The notes: a model not told the origin generated them from the sequence alone. A DNA stretch of 64,000 nt from an uncultured Acidimicrobiia bacterium (GCA_965368815.1 CBDUOH010000001.1:33087-97086), one strand, 5' to 3'; counted from the stretch's first letter, positions 54,657-63,173 are shown. Numbers and translations are program-made.

Positions 54657-55561
54657 GGCATATCTCCGTGGCGGATGAACAGCTCCTCAAGTGATGCGCC
54701 TTCGCCATCGAGACGACGCAGCTGCCCCCCGAGCCGAGCCGTGGTGTCGCGCACGAGGTCGAACACATCGAGCCGGTCGTGCCTGACGGCGAGACGGCGA
54801 CCATCGAGGGTCACCTCGGCCCCGGCGGCGGTCAGCGCGGCGACGATCAGGACCGGATCGTCGGCGTACTCGACCCGCACCGTGTGCTCGTCGACGCTTG
54901 CTCCGATCGGGCCGGTGTGCAGCACCGTGCCTTCGTCAAGCATGACGACCCAATCACAGGTGCGCTCGATGTCTCGCAGCACATGGGACGAGACGACGAC
55001 ATCGATGCCGAATGTGCCGAGGCGACTGATGAGTTCGAGCATTTCCTCTCGTCCGCTCGGGTCGAGTCCGGATGTCGGCTCGTCCAGGAAGACAAGTTCG
55101 GGGTCGTGCACGATCGCCTGTGCGAGCTTTGCCCGTTGCTTCATACCTGTCGAGAAATCACCGAGGTACCGGAACCGTTCCTCATCCAGCCCGACAAGAG
55201 TCAGGACGTCCGATGCGCGTTGTCGCGCTGCCTGCATCGGGAGCCCAGCTGTTCCTGCGGCGTACACGAGGAAGTCCGCGGCCGTCTGGTCGAGCGGCAG
55301 ACACGGTCCTTCCGGCATGTAGCCGATCACGGATCGGATATCGACCAGTTGTTGGCGGGGGTCCATGTCGAGAACAGTCGTGGACCCGACGGTCGGATCC
55401 AGAATGCCGAGCAGGATCTTGATCAGGGTCGACTTACCTGCGCCGTTGGCTCCCACGAGCCCGGTGCGGCCCCGCGGCACGGACACGTCGAGGCTATGCA
55501 GAGCGGCGATCTTGCCGTAGGCGTGACCGAGATCGGTTGCAGTGAAAGCGGTGTTTGGCAC
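54653..55561 (-). CDS. ABC transporter ATP-binding protein
   Basis: GTG start 55561. Walker A GANGAGKST, signature FSTGMKQR, Walker B LVFLDEP. Confidence 0.9.
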   Translation of the reverse strand: MPNTAFTATDLGHAYGKIAALHSLDVSVPRGRTGLVGANGAGKSTLIKILLGILDPTVGSTTVLDMDPRQQLVDIRSVIGYMPEGPCLPLDQTAADFLVYAAGTAGLPMQAARQRASDVLTLVGLDEERFRYLGDFSTGMKQRAKLAQAIVHDPELVFLDEPTSGLDPSGREEMLELISRLGTFGIDVVVSSHVLRDIERTCDWVVMLDEGTVLHTGPIGASVDEHTVRVEYADDPVLIVAALTAAGAEVTLDGRRLAVRHDRLDVFDLVRDTTARLGGQLRRLDGEGASLEELFIRHGDMP

Positions 55562-55618
55562 GGCAGAACATTAGGGGAGTCTGTGCTATCGGGGGTGCAC
55601 AGCGGTACGCTCGCCGCG

Positions 55619-56311
55619 ATGGATCTCGTGTTTGCAATCCCCGCTGCAGCCGTCGCCACCGGCCTTGCGATCGATCTGTGGTTGGGGTGGCGTCGGCGGC
55701 CGCGCCTCCACGCAGAGGTGTGGACGATGGCGTTCGCAGCCTACGCACTTGCATCATGGGCCCTTGTCATCGGACTTGCCTTCGGCTGGTCGAGCGTGTC
55801 ATTCCGGCTCTTCTACTACCTGGGCGGCATCGCCAACATCCCCTTGCTTGCCGCCGGTTCGATAGCACTCGTCGTTTCGGAGAGAGCTTCACGGCGCTTT
55901 CTGACGCCCACCCTGCTGTGGCTCGTCTTCGGTTTCTTTGCAACGTTTCTCGCACCGTTTGTATCGTCGCTCCCGGCCGAGGGGATACCGGAGGGCAGCG
56001 ATGTCTTCGAATTCACATTCGGTCTCGAGGCGCTCACACTTCCCGGGCCGAGGCTGTTCGCAGCCATTTCCGGGGGCGTCGGCACGGTCGTCATCATCGG
56101 ACTGTCGGTTGTCACGATCGTGCGGACGATCGCGACCAACCGCAAGCTTGCATCCGCGAACGTGTTGATCATCGCGGGGACGTTGGCGCCAGCGATCGGG
56201 GGAACCCTTACCGCCTTCGGTGAGTCGGCCGGTCTGTCTGTTTCCCTGATGGTCGGCGTGACACTGCTGTGGCTCGGGTACCGCCGAGCCGTGTCGGCAC
56301 GCGCCGGCTGA
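55619..56311 (+). CDS. Integral membrane protein, unknown function
   Basis: Only the 3' third of ORF 54779..56311 is used, from ATG 55619. It has six or seven hydrophobic helices. The upstream part of that ORF is antisense to a well-supported ABC ATPase. Confidence 0.6.
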   Translation: MDLVFAIPAAAVATGLAIDLWLGWRRRPRLHAEVWTMAFAAYALASWALVIGLAFGWSSVSFRLFYYLGGIANIPLLAAGSIALVVSERASRRFLTPTLLWLVFGFFATFLAPFVSSLPAEGIPEGSDVFEFTFGLEALTLPGPRLFAAISGGVGTVVIIGLSVVTIVRTIATNRKLASANVLIIAGTLAPAIGGTLTAFGESAGLSVSLMVGVTLLWLGYRRAVSARAG

Positions 56312-56312
56312 G

Positions 56313-56789
56313 TCAGTGCCCGGAAGGGAGCGGAGCGAGAACCGGACGGCGGGTCAACCCGACCAGCGCTGCGACAGTCACGGCTGCGAGCAATCCGGCG
56401 AGCATGAGTGGCGAGTTCGGGGTGACGCCGATCGGTGCGCGCTCAGCGGTCTCGCCATAGACCAACATCAGCGTTGCGGTTTCACCCGGTTCCAGATGGG
56501 GAACCAGCCACGAACCGTTCTCGATCGTCGCACCGATGGACGTCCCGACGACGTCACATTCGCATGGGACCTCAGTCAACCCGATCGTCTGGTCCGAGGT
56601 AGGTGTGTCGAGGATGTTGGTGACCGTGATCGTTCGGTGCCCACCGACGATCTGGCCATCCACAACTATCGATTCCCAGGATGAGAGGGTGGTGACGGTT
56701 GGCGCCGCAGATGCAGTTCCAGCCATCACCACCACCATCGCCACCGCGAGGATGCCTGTCAACAAGGTTTTCCTAACCATGGTGCGCAC
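56313..56789 (-). CDS. Secreted protein with C-terminal membrane anchor, unknown function
   Basis: Signal peptide LLTGILAVAMVVVMAGTASAAP. C-terminal hydrophobic helix LMLAGLLAAVTVAALVGL followed by TRRP. Confidence 0.6.
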   Translation of the reverse strand: MRTMVRKTLLTGILAVAMVVVMAGTASAAPTVTTLSSWESIVVDGQIVGGHRTITVTNILDTPTSDQTIGLTEVPCECDVVGTSIGATIENGSWLVPHLEPGETATLMLVYGETAERAPIGVTPNSPLMLAGLLAAVTVAALVGLTRRPVLAPLPSGH

Positions 56790-56883
56790 GGTAGGTCAGG
56801 CGACCCACGGTGCCTAGACACATCCCGACGTGTCCAGAGGGACTAGTCACGTTCGGGTCGGCGCGACGGTCGCTGGCGAGCAC

Positions 56884-57690
56884 CTATCGACGGCGTCTGC
56901 GGTCCCGCCATCCCGTGGTGAGATAGCGCCAGTAGGTGGTCGTTCCGGATCCGGAGGGAGCGGCGACGCCAGGTGGAACCGTTCCGCCGTTGTTGACATC
57001 GTGGGACGGCTCGCTGGCCGGTTCTGGGTCCGGATGGTGGTCCTCACCGATGACGACCTGTCCGGGTGTCGTTGCCGCAGCCAGGTCGGAGCGAAGTTCC
57101 CTCAACCGTTCCCGTAGGAATTGGGATTCCGTTTCTGCTTTGGCAGCTCGCTCGCGTGCATCGGCGAGCTGTTGCCCTGCCTCGTGGAGGTTTCCCAACT
57201 GGTTGAGCATCTTGTTCCACGCATCGACGGGGACGAGCATCGTGCCCTCGGGGTGTTCGGGTGAGGTGTCTGGTTGCGGCGAAGGAGCCGTTTGCTGGCT
57301 TGGCTGTGCGGCACTGCTTGCGTTGACGGCGGCCGGAGTGCGGGTGTCCTGATGTGCGGATCCGCTTGGCGAGTCATCCGAGTGGTGCTCAGGATCGGGC
57401 GTCGCGAGGTCACGTCCGAGCGATCGTGCACGCTCCCGGATCGAATCGAGATCGACCATACGAAGCGCGAGCTCGCCATCGGATTCGAGGTACGTCGCGA
57501 CCGTCTCCTTGCGCACCCATTTGCGCAACGTATTGGTGGGGATCCCTGTGGCGGCCTCGGCTTCCTTGAGCGTCACCCACGTACCCGACGCAGCGTTCGG
57601 ACCTCGTTTGGATGTCGGACGCGGTGGTGTGGTTCGCTTCGCCGGCGATGCTCGTATCGCCTCTGTTTCCCATCTGGTGGTGGCATCCAT
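56884..57690 (-). CDS. Helix-turn-helix (excisionase/MerR-like HTH) DNA-binding protein with coiled-coil and low-complexity tail
   Basis: WVTLKEAEAATGIPTNTLRKWVRK is an HTH_17-like segment. The later QLADARERAAKAETESQFLRERLRELR is helical. It is divergent from the BMC operon. Confidence 0.6.
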   Translation of the reverse strand: MDATTRWETEAIRASPAKRTTPPRPTSKRGPNAASGTWVTLKEAEAATGIPTNTLRKWVRKETVATYLESDGELALRMVDLDSIRERARSLGRDLATPDPEHHSDDSPSGSAHQDTRTPAAVNASSAAQPSQQTAPSPQPDTSPEHPEGTMLVPVDAWNKMLNQLGNLHEAGQQLADARERAAKAETESQFLRERLRELRSDLAAATTPGQVVIGEDHHPDPEPASEPSHDVNNGGTVPPGVAAPSGSGTTTYWRYLTTGWRDRRRRR

Positions 57691-57771
57691 TGTGATCCCA
57701 TCCTATCGGCCCCGCACCCTGCGCGAATGCGAGGCGAAGGGATGCCCCGTGGAGGTGCCACGGGTTCTAGG
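57691..57771. promoter_or_regulatory. Divergent intergenic region between the HTH gene and the BMC operon (presumed promoter/operator)
   Basis: Positional only: 81 bp between the start at 57690 (-) and ATG 57772 (+). If rpiB instead uses TTG 57793, the region extends to 57792. Confidence 0.3.
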
Positions 57772-58398
57772 ATGACATGTGAAGGAGCCGCATTGACCGC
57801 ACGAGATCCCAACATCGAAGCTGACGTGCGTTCACTTGTCCGCCGTATCGTCGACGGCATCATGGACGGTGGCGTCGATGACGGAAACGCTCCATCGACC
57901 GACCCGCGTGAACCGGTGGATGTGGACAGTGGATCATCGCCGGTCGGTGCTGTGGCCATTGGTGGGGATCACGGTGGATACGCGATGAAAGAAAAGCTTG
58001 CGTTCCGCCTCAAGGAGCTGGGGATGCGGGTGGTGGATTGCGGTACCGACTCGACGGATTCGGTCGATTATCCCGACATCGCCGCGGCGGTCGCTCATGA
58101 GGTCGCATCGGGGAACACGGACGTCGGAATCGTGGTGGACGGTGCCGGTATCGGTTCAGCGATCGCGGCCAACAAGGTCATGGGCATCCGAGCAGCGAGA
58201 TGTGATGACATCTCGACTGCGCGCAATGCCCGCGAACACAACCATGCCAACGTCCTGACGCTCGGCGCCGGGCTCATCGGTGACGCCCTTGCGTGGCAGA
58301 TCGTGGAGGAGTTCCTCGCAACACCCTACGGTGAGGGGCGTCACGCCCGCAGAGTGGACAAGATTTCCGACCTCGAACGGAGCCGAAGCCGGTCATGA
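57772..58398 (+). CDS. rpiB: Ribose-5-phosphate isomerase B-type sugar-phosphate isomerase with ~60-aa N-terminal extension
   Basis: Core [16 protein letters not shown]...[23 protein letters not shown]...[17 protein letters not shown] is RpiB/LacAB family. Start is ATG 57772, or TTG 57793 which has a strong GAAGGAG 5 nt upstream. Confidence 0.85.
   Translation: MTCEGAALTARDPNIEADVRSLVRRIVDGIMDGGVDDGNAPSTDPREPVDVDSGSSPVGAVAIGGDHGGYAMKEKLAFRLKELGMRVVDCGTDSTDSVDYPDIAAAVAHEVASGNTDVGIVVDGAGIGSAIAANKVMGIRAARCDDISTARNAREHNHANVLTLGAGLIGDALAWQIVEEFLATPYGEGRHARRVDKISDLERSRSRS
57814..57864 (+). other. Encapsulation-peptide-like amphipathic helix on RpiB
   Basis: [17 protein letters not shown] is followed by the Gly/Asp/Pro/Ser-rich linker [26 protein letters not shown]. 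The pattern resembles PduP/PduD-type N-terminal targeting helices. Confidence 0.55.
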
Positions 58399-59237
58399 CC
58401 GACGTCAGCAGAGATCAGCTTGTTGAGATTGTCACCCGAGAGGTCTTGTCGGCGCTCGCGGAACGGTCCGACATCTGCGCAAGCCCTGAGAAGTTGCGCA
58501 GCGTGGTCGCCAGCGGAGCCGATCGCGTGTCGTTCCACGGCGACGCAGAGGACGTTCCCCTCGACCTCGCCAAGTACATCGACCACACGTTGCTGCGACC
58601 AGATGCGACCGCGGACGAGATCGACACGATGTGTGATGAAGCGATGGAGTACGGATTCGCATCGGTGTGCATCAACCCGACCTGGGTCAAACGAGCAGCC
58701 GAGCGACTCCGTGGATCAGAGGTCAAGGTCTGCACCGTGATCGGTTTCCCCCTTGGTGCAACACCGCCGGAGATCAAGGCGATGGAGGCCAGGCGTGCGC
58801 TTCGCGACGGCGCTCGCGAGGTCGACATGGTCATCAATGTCGGTGCCCTCAAGTCCGGGGACCAGGAGCTTGTGCTCCGGGACATCGAAAAGGTGGTGGA
58901 TGCCGCACATGAGGGCGGAGCCATTGCCAAGGTGATCCTCGAAACGGCACTGCTCACGGACGAGGAGAAAGTGATCGCCTCGGCGCTCGCTCGTCAGGCT
59001 CGTGCTGACTTCGTCAAGACATCGACCGGGTTCGGGGGCGGAGGCGCAACCGTGTACGACGTTGCATTGATGCGCGAGACCGTGGGGCCGAACATGGGAG
59101 TGAAGGCGAGCGGGGGAGTCCGGACACTCGCCGATGCCGAAGATATGATCGCTGCAGGTGCCACCAGGATCGGTGCTTCGGCGGGAGTCCAGATCGTCAG
59201 TGGTAATGAAGGAGATTCCGATGACAAGCGGTATTGA
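58395..59237 (+). CDS. deoC: Deoxyribose-phosphate aldolase (class I, DERA) with ~50-aa N-terminal extension
   Basis: ATGA overlap with rpi[22 protein letters not shown] and DFVKTSTGF (Schiff-base Lys) motifs. Confidence 0.9.
   Translation: MTDVSRDQLVEIVTREVLSALAERSDICASPEKLRSVVASGADRVSFHGDAEDVPLDLAKYIDHTLLRPDATADEIDTMCDEAMEYGFASVCINPTWVKRAAERLRGSEVKVCTVIGFPLGATPPEIKAMEARRALRDGAREVDMVINVGALKSGDQELVLRDIEKVVDAAHEGGAIAKVILETALLTDEEKVIASALARQARADFVKTSTGFGGGGATVYDVALMRETVGPNMGVKASGGVRTLADAEDMIAAGATRIGASAGVQIVSGNEGDSDDKRY
58410..58463 (+). other. Encapsulation-peptide-like amphipathic helix on DeoC
   Basis: [18 protein letters not shown] lies at residues 6-23, ahead of the conserved DERA core. 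Confidence 0.55.
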
Positions 59238-59847
59238 GCTGCGTTCGTATGCATTCCTCGACAGTCTGCAGCCTCAGTACGCAGCATTCATGGGGACGAC
59301 TGCCCAGGGTTTCCTTCCGCTTGCCGGAGAAGCGGTGCTCTTCGTCGAGGTTGCGCCCGGTATCGAGATCAACCGATTGACCGATGTCGCTCTCAAGGCC
59401 ACGAGCGTCAAGCCGGGGATGCAGATCATCGAGCGGGTCTTCGGCCTCCTCGAGGTCCATTCACCGGAGCAGTCCGAGACGCGAGCCGCAGGTGAAGCAA
59501 TTCTCGAGTCGCTCGGGGCAAAGGAATCGGACCGACTCAAGCCTGTGGTCCATACGAGCCAGATCATCCGCAGGATCGACGATCATCACGCTCAGCTGAT
59601 CAACCGCACACGCCACGGCCAGATGATCATTCCCGGCCAGACGCTGTACGTCCTCGAGTGTGCTCCCGCTGCCTACGCCGCACTTGCCGCGAACGAGGCG
59701 GAGAAGGCGGCGAACATCAATGTGCTCGAGGTTCGAGCATTCGGTGCGGTCGGGCGGATCTATCTCGGTGGCGAAGAGCAGGACATCGAGGTCGGCTGGC
59801 ACGCAGCCGTCGCAGCGATTGAAGGTCTCGACGGGCGATCGTCGTAG
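59221..59847 (+). CDS. Tandem BMC-domain shell protein (BMC-T-like)
   Basis: Start moved to ATG 59221, with GAAGGAG upstream; it overlaps the deoC 3' end by 17 nt. There are two BMC-like halves: [26 protein letters not shown]... and [44 protein letters not shown]. Confidence 0.7.
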   Translation: MTSGIELRSYAFLDSLQPQYAAFMGTTAQGFLPLAGEAVLFVEVAPGIEINRLTDVALKATSVKPGMQIIERVFGLLEVHSPEQSETRAAGEAILESLGAKESDRLKPVVHTSQIIRRIDDHHAQLINRTRHGQMIIPGQTLYVLECAPAAYAALAANEAEKAANINVLEVRAFGAVGRIYLGGEEQDIEVGWHAAVAAIEGLDGRSS

Positions 59848-59891
59848 TCAACGAACGAACAAGACACACATATCGATCCATAGGAGGGTCC

Positions 59892-60194
59892 ATGTCAGAC
59901 GCATTGGGAATGATTGAGTGCCGTAGTTTCGCGGCGATGGTCGAGGCAGCCGACGCCATGGTCAAGGCTGCCAAGGTCGAGCTCGTGAGCTATGAGGAGA
60001 CCGGGGGCGGCTACGTCACGGCCATCATCCGTGGGGACGTTGCTGCGGTCAAGGCAGCGGTCGACGCCGGTGTGCGCGGTGGCGAGAAGGTCGGCGAGGT
60101 CATCGCAACACACGTGATCGCACGTCCACACGTCAACCTCGATCTCATCCTCCCGCTCGGTCGAGCGGACGAGGCGAAGGACGCTGTCAGCTGA
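59892..60194 (+). CDS. BMC-H hexamer shell protein (PduA/EutM type)
   Basis: AGGAGGG RBS. ALGMIECRSFAAMVEAADAMVKAAKVELVSYEETGGGYVTAIIRGDVAAVKAAVDAG is a textbook single BMC domain. Confidence 0.92.
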   Translation: MSDALGMIECRSFAAMVEAADAMVKAAKVELVSYEETGGGYVTAIIRGDVAAVKAAVDAGVRGGEKVGEVIATHVIARPHVNLDLILPLGRADEAKDAVS

Positions 60195-60237
60195 TTCCTG
60201 CATCGATCCGACGTGATCGCAATCGAAAGGAGCTGAC

Positions 60238-60525
60238 GTGAATCTCGGAAGGGTGACAGGAACGCTGGTCGCCTCCCGCAAGGAGCCCTTGCTTGAGGGG
60301 CTGCCTCTGCTCGTCGTGCGCCAGCTGGACGAAACCGGAGCTCCCAAGGGTGGCTACGTCGTTGCCGTGGACAGCGTCGGCGCCGGAATCGACGAAGTCG
60401 TGTTGTATGCAAGCGGAAGCTCCGCCCGCCAGACATCGGTGACCAGGGACAAACCCTGTGACGCCGTCATCATGGCCATCGTCGACCAATGGGATGTCGA
60501 TGGAGAAACGGTCTACGTGAAGTGA
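60238..60525 (+). CDS. BMC-P pentamer vertex protein (EutN/CcmL family), paralog 1
   Basis: GTG start with GAAAGGAG upstream. [15 protein letters not shown]...LLVV..LD...[11 protein letters not shown]...GSSAR is the EutN_CcmL pattern. Confidence 0.9.
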   Translation: MNLGRVTGTLVASRKEPLLEGLPLLVVRQLDETGAPKGGYVVAVDSVGAGIDEVVLYASGSSARQTSVTRDKPCDAVIMAIVDQWDVDGETVYVK

Positions 60526-60526
60526 C

Positions 60527-61990
60527 ATGGCGCGTCTGACCGACTCTGACATCCAGGCGATCATCTCCCGCGTCAAAGAGCGCGTTGCCTTCACCGACAT
60601 AGAGGGAAAGACGTCGCAGGCCCTCCGGGCCGGGCAAGCGATAGCCGATCCCGACGAAGACCTCGGGGACGGCGTGTTTGCGACCGTTGATGAAGCCGTT
60701 GCAGCAGCCAAGCAGGCGTTCATGCGATATCAGACCAGCGGACTCGACGCCCGCAAGGAGATCATCGAGTCGATCCGTGCGTCGATGCGTGAGAACAACG
60801 AACGCCTCGCATACATGGCCAGACAGGAGACCGGCCTCGGTCGTGCCGACGACAAGGTGCTGAAGAACCATCTGGTGATCGAGCGCACACCGGGGCCCGA
60901 AGACCTCGAACCACAGGTCATCACAGGGGACAAGGGCATGACCATCACCGAGTTTGCTCCGTACGGGGTCATCGGTGCGATCACGCCGACGACCAACCCG
61001 ACATCGACGATCATCAACAACACCATCGCGATCCTGTCGGCAGGCAATGCCGTGACGTTCAACGTCCACCCGAGTGCCCGCAAGGTTTCGACCGAGAACG
61101 TGAAACTGATCAATCAGGCGGTGCGGCGCGCCGGCGGCCCCGAGAACCTGGTCACCAGTGTCGCGGTCCCCACGCTGGATTCGGCTCAGGCGCTCATGCA
61201 ACACCCTGACGTTCGGGTCCTCTTGGTCACCGGCGGACCGGGCGTTGTCAAAGAAGCCCTCCGCACTCCCAAGAAGGCCATCACAGCAGGACCGGGCAAC
61301 CCACCGGCAGTCGTCGACCAGACCGCTGACATCGAGAAGGCTGCCAAGGCGATCGTCCGGGGCGCTTCGTTCGACAACAACGTCATCTGCGTCGACGAGA
61401 AGACCACCATCGTCGTGGACACCGTCGCTGACCGCCTGGTGCAACACATGGTGGCCGCCGGCGCGTACCGTTTGAAGGAGCATGAACTCAAGCGTCTCGA
61501 ACGCGTGATCTTCAAGGAGATGGGTCCACCGAACAAACCCGGAGTCATCAACGGGCAGTTCATCGGCAAGGACGCGGCCGTCATCCTCAACGAGATCGGG
61601 GTCAGCGTCCCTCCCGAGGTCCGCCTCGTCATCGCCGAGGTCCCGGTTGAACACAGCCTCGTGTGGACGGAGCAGATGATGCCCGTGATGCCGGTGGTGC
61701 GGGTCAAGGACGTGGAAACCGCGATCGACCTCGCCGTCCGTTCCGAGCATGGTTTCCGCCACACCGCTTCGATCCACTCGACCAACGTCGACACGATCAC
61801 CACGATGGCCAAAGCGATGAACTGTTCGATCTTCGTGGCTAACGGTTCCAACGTCGCCGGTCTCGGCTCCGAGGGCGAGGGCTACACGAGCTTCTCGATC
61901 GCCAGTCCGACGGGCGAGGGGCTCACCAAACCCCGCACCTTCTCGCGCGAGCGACGCATTTCGGTGGTTGGAGCGTTGCGCATTGTCTGA
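60527..61990 (+). CDS. CoA-acylating aldehyde dehydrogenase (PduP/EutE-like)
   Basis: ITPTTNPTST, GGPGVV, AGPGNPP and FDNNVICVDEK (catalytic Cys context) motifs. N-terminal targeting-like helix. The gene starts 1 nt after the BMC-P stop. Confidence 0.9.
   Translation: MARLTDSDIQAIISRVKERVAFTDIEGKTSQALRAGQAIADPDEDLGDGVFATVDEAVAAAKQAFMRYQTSGLDARKEIIESIRASMRENNERLAYMARQETGLGRADDKVLKNHLVIERTPGPEDLEPQVITGDKGMTITEFAPYGVIGAITPTTNPTSTIINNTIAILSAGNAVTFNVHPSARKVSTENVKLINQAVRRAGGPENLVTSVAVPTLDSAQALMQHPDVRVLLVTGGPGVVKEALRTPKKAITAGPGNPPAVVDQTADIEKAAKAIVRGASFDNNVICVDEKTTIVVDTVADRLVQHMVAAGAYRLKEHELKRLERVIFKEMGPPNKPGVINGQFIGKDAAVILNEIGVSVPPEVRLVIAEVPVEHSLVWTEQMMPVMPVVRVKDVETAIDLAVRSEHGFRHTASIHSTNVDTITTMAKAMNCSIFVANGSNVAGLGSEGEGYTSFSIASPTGEGLTKPRTFSRERRISVVGALRIV
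60539..60586 (+). other. Encapsulation-peptide-like amphipathic helix on the aldehyde dehydrogenase
   Basis: TDSDIQAIISRVKERV lies at residues 5-20, comparable to the PduP N-terminal targeting sequence. Confidence 0.6.
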
Positions 61991-62594
61991 TCCCGCCAGG
62001 ACCGCCCCATCGATCTCTCTGTGGGAGTTCTCATCGATCGCCGAGGGCGTCCGGATCGCCGATCAGATAGCCAAGGGTGCACCGGTTGCCGTTCTCACGT
62101 CCGGGACCACCCACCCGGGCAAGTACCTCGTCCTCGTGGCGGGAGACACGGCCTCGGTTGTCGTTGCAAATGACATCGTGGCCGATGATGGACCTGAGAC
62201 CCTGCTCGACCATGTGTTCCTTGCAGACATCGCCCCGTCGGTGGCTGAAGCTCTGGCGAGCGGACGCGGTGCAGCGCACCTCGCCGGTGAAGCGGCAGGT
62301 ATCGTCGAAACCGACTCCGTTGCAGCGGCCATCGAAGCCGCGGACGCGGCGGTGAAGGACGCCGATGTCGCCTTGGGCATCATCCGGATGGCCGATGGAC
62401 TCGGCGGGAAGGGGTTCTTCATCGTCGACGGTTCGGTTGGGGAGGTCACTTCGAGTGTTGCCGCAGCCCGGGAACGGGCCGGCGCACACCTGATCGGCAC
62501 TGTCGTGATACCTCAGCTCACCGACGAGGTGCGAGCAGACCTCGCAGTGTCGCTCCGATTCGGGGACACCGTCGTATCGGGGGATCCGACATGA
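61968..62594 (+). CDS. Tandem BMC-domain shell protein (BMC-T, PduT-like architecture)
   Basis: First half ISLWEFSSIAEGVRIADQIAKGAPVAVL...GKYLVLVAGD; second half AAGIVETDSVAAAIEAADAAVKDADVALGIIRMADGLGGKGFFIVDGSVGEV. The start is non-ATG (TTG 61968 or TTG 61983) and overlaps the aldehyde dehydrogenase 3' end. Confidence 0.8.
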   Translation: MERCALSDPARTAPSISLWEFSSIAEGVRIADQIAKGAPVAVLTSGTTHPGKYLVLVAGDTASVVVANDIVADDGPETLLDHVFLADIAPSVAEALASGRGAAHLAGEAAGIVETDSVAAAIEAADAAVKDADVALGIIRMADGLGGKGFFIVDGSVGEVTSSVAAARERAGAHLIGTVVIPQLTDEVRADLAVSLRFGDTVVSGDPT

Positions 62595-62863
62595 TGCTTG
62601 GGCGTGTCCGTGGTTCGGTGGTGGCCACGGTGAAGGACGAGAACATGGAAGGGATGAAGCTGCTCGTCGTGCAGCCAGTCGCCGATGACGGCTCCGATGC
62701 GGGCGGCTGCGTGGTTGCAGCCGACGCCGTCCACCAGGCGGGTGTCGGCGACCTCGTGTATTTCGTGGCGTCCCGTGAGGCAGCAGAGGCGATGGAACCA
62801 CGTTTCGTTCCGGTCGACCACGCGATTGTCGGCATCGTCGATGCCGTGGATGTGAACCGATGA
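62591..62863 (+). CDS. BMC-P pentamer vertex protein, paralog 2
   Basis: ATGA overlap. MMLGRVRGSVVATVKDENMEGMKLLVVQP...AADAVHQAGVGDLVYFVASREA. Confidence 0.9.
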   Translation: MMLGRVRGSVVATVKDENMEGMKLLVVQPVADDGSDAGGCVVAADAVHQAGVGDLVYFVASREAAEAMEPRFVPVDHAIVGIVDAVDVNR

Positions 62864-63156
62864 AGGTCGGGCGTGTCGTCGGGACCGTGACATCGACCAT
62901 CAACCACGGGTTCTTCGACGGTCAGCGGCTGCTCGTGTGCGATCTGATCGATCGGGACGAAGCCGTCGGTGGATATCTGATCTGCACGGATCGTGTCGAT
63001 GCCGGACACGGTGACACGGTGCTCATCCTCGACGAGGGGACGTCGGCGCGTCAGATGCACGATGTCCCGACAGGCCCGATCAGGTCCGTTGTGGTCGGGA
63101 TCGTGGACGACATCAACGAGCTCGCCCCCGACGGCGACGATGCCGGAATCGGATAG
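62860..63156 (+). CDS. BMC-P pentamer vertex protein, paralog 3
   Basis: ATGA overlap. MKVGRVVGTVTSTINHGFFDGQRLLVCDLID...TDRVDAGHGDTVLILDEGTSARQ. Confidence 0.9.
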   Translation: MKVGRVVGTVTSTINHGFFDGQRLLVCDLIDRDEAVGGYLICTDRVDAGHGDTVLILDEGTSARQMHDVPTGPIRSVVVGIVDDINELAPDGDDAGIG

Positions 63157-63173
63157 ACCCCGACTAGCCGGGT

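Noticed and set aside
54779-55618. The 5' two-thirds of the 510-aa ORF 54779..56311.
   Set aside because: This part is antisense to an ABC ATPase with intact Walker A, signature and Walker B motifs. Only the segment from ATG 55619, with multiple TM helices in an otherwise gene-free interval, is kept.
56313-56420. The C-terminal hydrophobic helix plus basic tail of the secreted protein, considered as a sortase (LPXTG/LAXTG) or exosortase sorting signal.
   Set aside because: No LPXTG, LAXTG or PEP motif precedes the helix (the sequence is GVTPNSPLMLAG...). No sortase gene is in the window. It is treated as a simple C-terminal membrane anchor.
60470-61777. 435-aa minus-strand ORF opposite the aldehyde dehydrogenase gene.
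   Set aside because: It has no recognisable motifs and an Arg/Gly/Asp/His-rich composition typical of antisense frames in high-GC DNA. The plus-strand protein has textbook Aldedh motifs and sits in a coupled operon.
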